Assembly (NCBI GenBank): GCA_965226555.1
Contig: CBDDDG010000023.1
Location: 1-38,456, forward strand
Reading direction: 5' to 3'
Source: Salinispira sp.
Lineage (GTDB): Bacteria; Spirochaetota; Spirochaetia; DSM-27196; Salinispiraceae
DNA length: 38,456 nucleotides
The notes under the pieces were generated by a model. That model had not been told where the DNA came from and ran no database searches. It saw only the letters and a list, made by a program, of their open reading frames with translations. Position numbers and translations under genes: made by a program. Of this stretch, positions 35,992 to 38,456 are shown piece after piece. Positions within the stretch are counted from its first letter, which is position 1. The number at the start of each line of letters is the position of its first letter.

Positions 35992-37335
35992 ATGAAGAAT
36001 AAAACAGATAAAAGCAAAAATAGTCGAAAAGATTTTGTTATTGTCATAATGATAGTCATTATCATTATAGCCATAGGAATAATTTTGATTTTCACTGATC
36101 TTGTTAATCGCGAAATAAAGATTACTCCGGCAGATGTACTGACTCTGACCGGCGCGGCCATTGGTGTTGTTTTGGTCGGGTGGCGCACTAAACTTCAAGA
36201 AAAACAACTCGATCTCCAAACACAACGAACCGATATTCTGGCAAACCAACGGAAAGATGACCGCTTTTCAAGCGCCATTGCTCTGCTCGGCAGTAATGAA
36301 ACCTCGGCGCGGACTGGGGCGCTCTATGCGCTCTATAATCTTGCAGTGGAAGAAGAACCGTTCCGCGTTCAGGTTGCGCAGATACTCTGTTCTCACATCC
36401 GCTCGAAAACGGCAGAAAGCAAATATCAGAAACAGCATAACACCCGTCCATCCAATGAAATACAGACCGCTATTGATCTACTTGTTCGGAATGTCAATGG
36501 AACCGAGGGGCTTTATCAGAAAGATTTTGCAGTCCCTCTGCCTCCGCCGAATTTCCGACATGCATTTCTTGCAGGGGCAAACTTTCAGGATGCTCAGTGC
36601 CTATGGGCAGATTTTAGCAATGTACATTGTCAGAGAGCAAATTTTGGAAGTGCCCAGTGTCAGGGAGCAGATTTTGGAAATGCCCAGTGTCAGAAAGCAT
36701 CTTTTTACAAAATCCAGTGTCAGAGAGCAAATTTTTCAGATACCCAGTGTCAGGGAGCATATTTTATCGCTGCCCATTGTCAGGGAGCATATTTTTTAGA
36801 TACTCAGTGTCAGGAAGTACAGTTTAATAGCGCCCGATGTCAGGGAGCAGATTTTATACATGCCCAGTGTCAGGGAGCAAATTTTCGCAAAGCCAAGTAT
36901 CAGGGAGCATATTTTATACAGACCCAGTGTCAGGGAGCAGATTTTAGAAATGCCCAGTGTCAGGGAGCATATTTTTACAGAGCCGAATGTCAGGGAGCAT
37001 ATTTTAATGACACCCAATGTCAGGGAGCATATTCAAACGAAAATATTCAATCATTAACGGATCGTATACATAAACCAACTAATCTGATCAACATAATTAC
37101 CAATGGAGAATTATCAGATGATGTGGTAAAGAACATTGAAACTGCCAAACCATACTGTTCAGAAGAATGGTATGATCACATGCAGGAAATAATCACCCAG
37201 AATAAAGGTAAGGAGAGAATACTGGGCGAACCCGCCGGAATCATAACCGGAATACTGGAAGACAGTCCGGAAATTCGGAAAATCATTGAAGAACTGGAAG
37301 AACTGAAAAAAATCAGAATAGACCAAATAAAGTAA
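35992..37335 (+). CDS. Membrane-anchored pentapeptide-repeat protein
   Basis: Two N-terminal TM helices; 'RFSSAIALLGS...RTGALYAL...ILCSHIR...EIQTAI'; 10-aa periodic 'CQGAxFxxAQ' repeats. Confidence 0.9.
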   Translation: MKNKTDKSKNSRKDFVIVIMIVIIIIAIGIILIFTDLVNREIKITPADVLTLTGAAIGVVLVGWRTKLQEKQLDLQTQRTDILANQRKDDRFSSAIALLGSNETSARTGALYALYNLAVEEEPFRVQVAQILCSHIRSKTAESKYQKQHNTRPSNEIQTAIDLLVRNVNGTEGLYQKDFAVPLPPPNFRHAFLAGANFQDAQCLWADFSNVHCQRANFGSAQCQGADFGNAQCQKASFYKIQCQRANFSDTQCQGAYFIAAHCQGAYFLDTQCQEVQFNSARCQGADFIHAQCQGANFRKAKYQGAYFIQTQCQGADFRNAQCQGAYFYRAECQGAYFNDTQCQGAYSNENIQSLTDRIHKPTNLINIITNGELSDDVVKNIETAKPYCSEEWYDHMQEIITQNKGKERILGEPAGIITGILEDSPEIRKIIEELEELKKIRIDQIK

Positions 37336-37404
37336 AACCTATTCTTCATAGTGAATAAACATATTCTCAGGCACAGCAAACAGCCGGGGAGAGGGACTGG
37401 TCGC

Positions 37405-37525
37405 CTCCTATTTTATAGAAATTTTGCCACTAAAAATTTTGCTGTGCAAAACTTTGTTATATTCTTGATTCTCTCAGGGTATAGAAAGTTTTTCCTCCAG
37501 AAAAACTTTATCAATGCAAAACTTT
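37405..37525. repeat. AT-rich palindromic mosaic element, degenerate
   Basis: Contains reverse complements of the CTATACCTTGAGAGAATCAAGAATATA module and of the short and long hairpins. Confidence 0.8.
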
Positions 37526-37549
37526 CTTGTATAATCCTCAGAAACAATT

Positions 37550-38075
37550 ATGGCGCACAACACCTTAAATCAAGCGAAAAAAGAAAAGAATGACGAATTT
37601 TATACGCAATACGCCGATATTGAGAAAGAAATTTCGGCATATCTTGAATACGACCCTAATGTTTTCAGGGGCAAAACAATTTTACTCCCCTGCGATGATC
37701 CGGAGTGGAGTAACTTCACCAAGTATTTTGCTCAAAAGTTTGAGATATTCGGGCTGAAGAAATTAATTAGTACCAGTTACGCCGTAAATAGTAAAAAATA
37801 CAGTCATGGCTACCAACCTACTCTCTTTGAAACCAGCGCCCCGCAATTTGACAAAAACAAAACAGAAAAAAACGGTAAAATTTTTACTCTTACCCAAGAC
37901 AAAACTAACGATGGAAAGATAGATATCAATGATCTTGAATGGCAGTATTTGCAGGGTGATGGCGATTTCAGAAGCGATGAAATAAAGAGACTGCGAGATG
38001 AAGCAGATATGATTATTACCAACCCGCCGTTTTCATTATTCCGTACATTTCTTGAATGGATTGTGGAAGCACATA
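37550..38075 (+). pseudogene. EcoRI-family adenine-specific DNA methyltransferase, interrupted by IS1182
   Basis: 'AKKEKNDEFYT', 'LPCDDPEWSNF', 'GDGDFRS', 'IITNPPFSLFR' (NPPF catalytic motif); the frame enters the IS IR at 38076. Confidence 0.9.
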
Positions 38076-38456
38076 AGAGCCTGTCGTACATAAATACCTC
38101 ATGTTGTTTGATGTGAGTCGATGGATGTGGGAATGAGTATTGCCGTCAGTTATCGCGTTGTTTTCTTCAGGCGCGGGGTGGCATCGTGAACCCATTCGCG
38201 CTTCGATGATGCCAGTTGGAACTATGCGCGGGCGCAACGGGGGGAGTTTTTCTATTATCCATAGGTCATTTTCAGTCGATGAAGTCTCTTGCAATTATAA
38301 GCCAACGCGACAAGTTCCCATTCACTCGTAACATGTGCAAGGCCTCTGTGGAGAAATTGTCGAAATCCCATGCACTGCTTAATAATCCCGAATACCGGTT
38401 CCACCGTCTGCTTCCTGCGGGCATAGAGTTTTCGGTTCTCGGACTTCTGAAATTTG
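38076..38456 (-). mobile_element. IS1182-family insertion sequence, copy 3 (inverted, runs off the window); transposase 3' end at 38255-38456
   Basis: Reverse complement of the right end of copies 1 and 2 (AGAGCCTGTCGTACATA...), preceded by TA. Confidence 0.93.

Overview
The window has two parts. Bases 1 to ~2340 are animal-type eukaryotic DNA: microsatellites, one HYOU1/GRP170-like exon with a GTGAG donor, a HIRAN-like ORF fragment and a ~175-bp tandem repeat. It is probably a marine invertebrate such as a sponge (inference). This joins abruptly, inside a truncated ABC permease gene, to ~36 kb of bacterial DNA that looks like a host-associated spirochaete (inference from the 'LFAGGSGEE' solute-binding signal and the repeat-rich lipoproteins). 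The bacterial part carries sugar ABC transporter genes, a NarL-type two-component system, two MFS transporters, a lactate permease with an FAD-linked oxidase, repeat-rich surface proteins, and a WD40-caspase / DUF4384-like / trypsin-like protease / mini-protein operon. It also has an FRG-TPR / UDG-like / pentapeptide / EcoRI-type methyltransferase cluster, three IS1182-family copies and three Rpn-family (PD-(D/E)XK) loci. The most striking unexplained structure is a dense family of modular AT-rich palindromic elements (13 copies). Four of them, all in the same orientation, cut one Rpn gene (11208-12735) into pieces; three of the four are exact multiples of 3 inserted at codon boundaries. The Rpn loci share an ACCCGT-N9-start motif, are bracketed by GC-rich repeats, and all keep an internal RBS+ATG for a small C-terminal RpnS-type protein even where the long nuclease is broken. 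All product calls come from motif recognition by eye; no searches were run.
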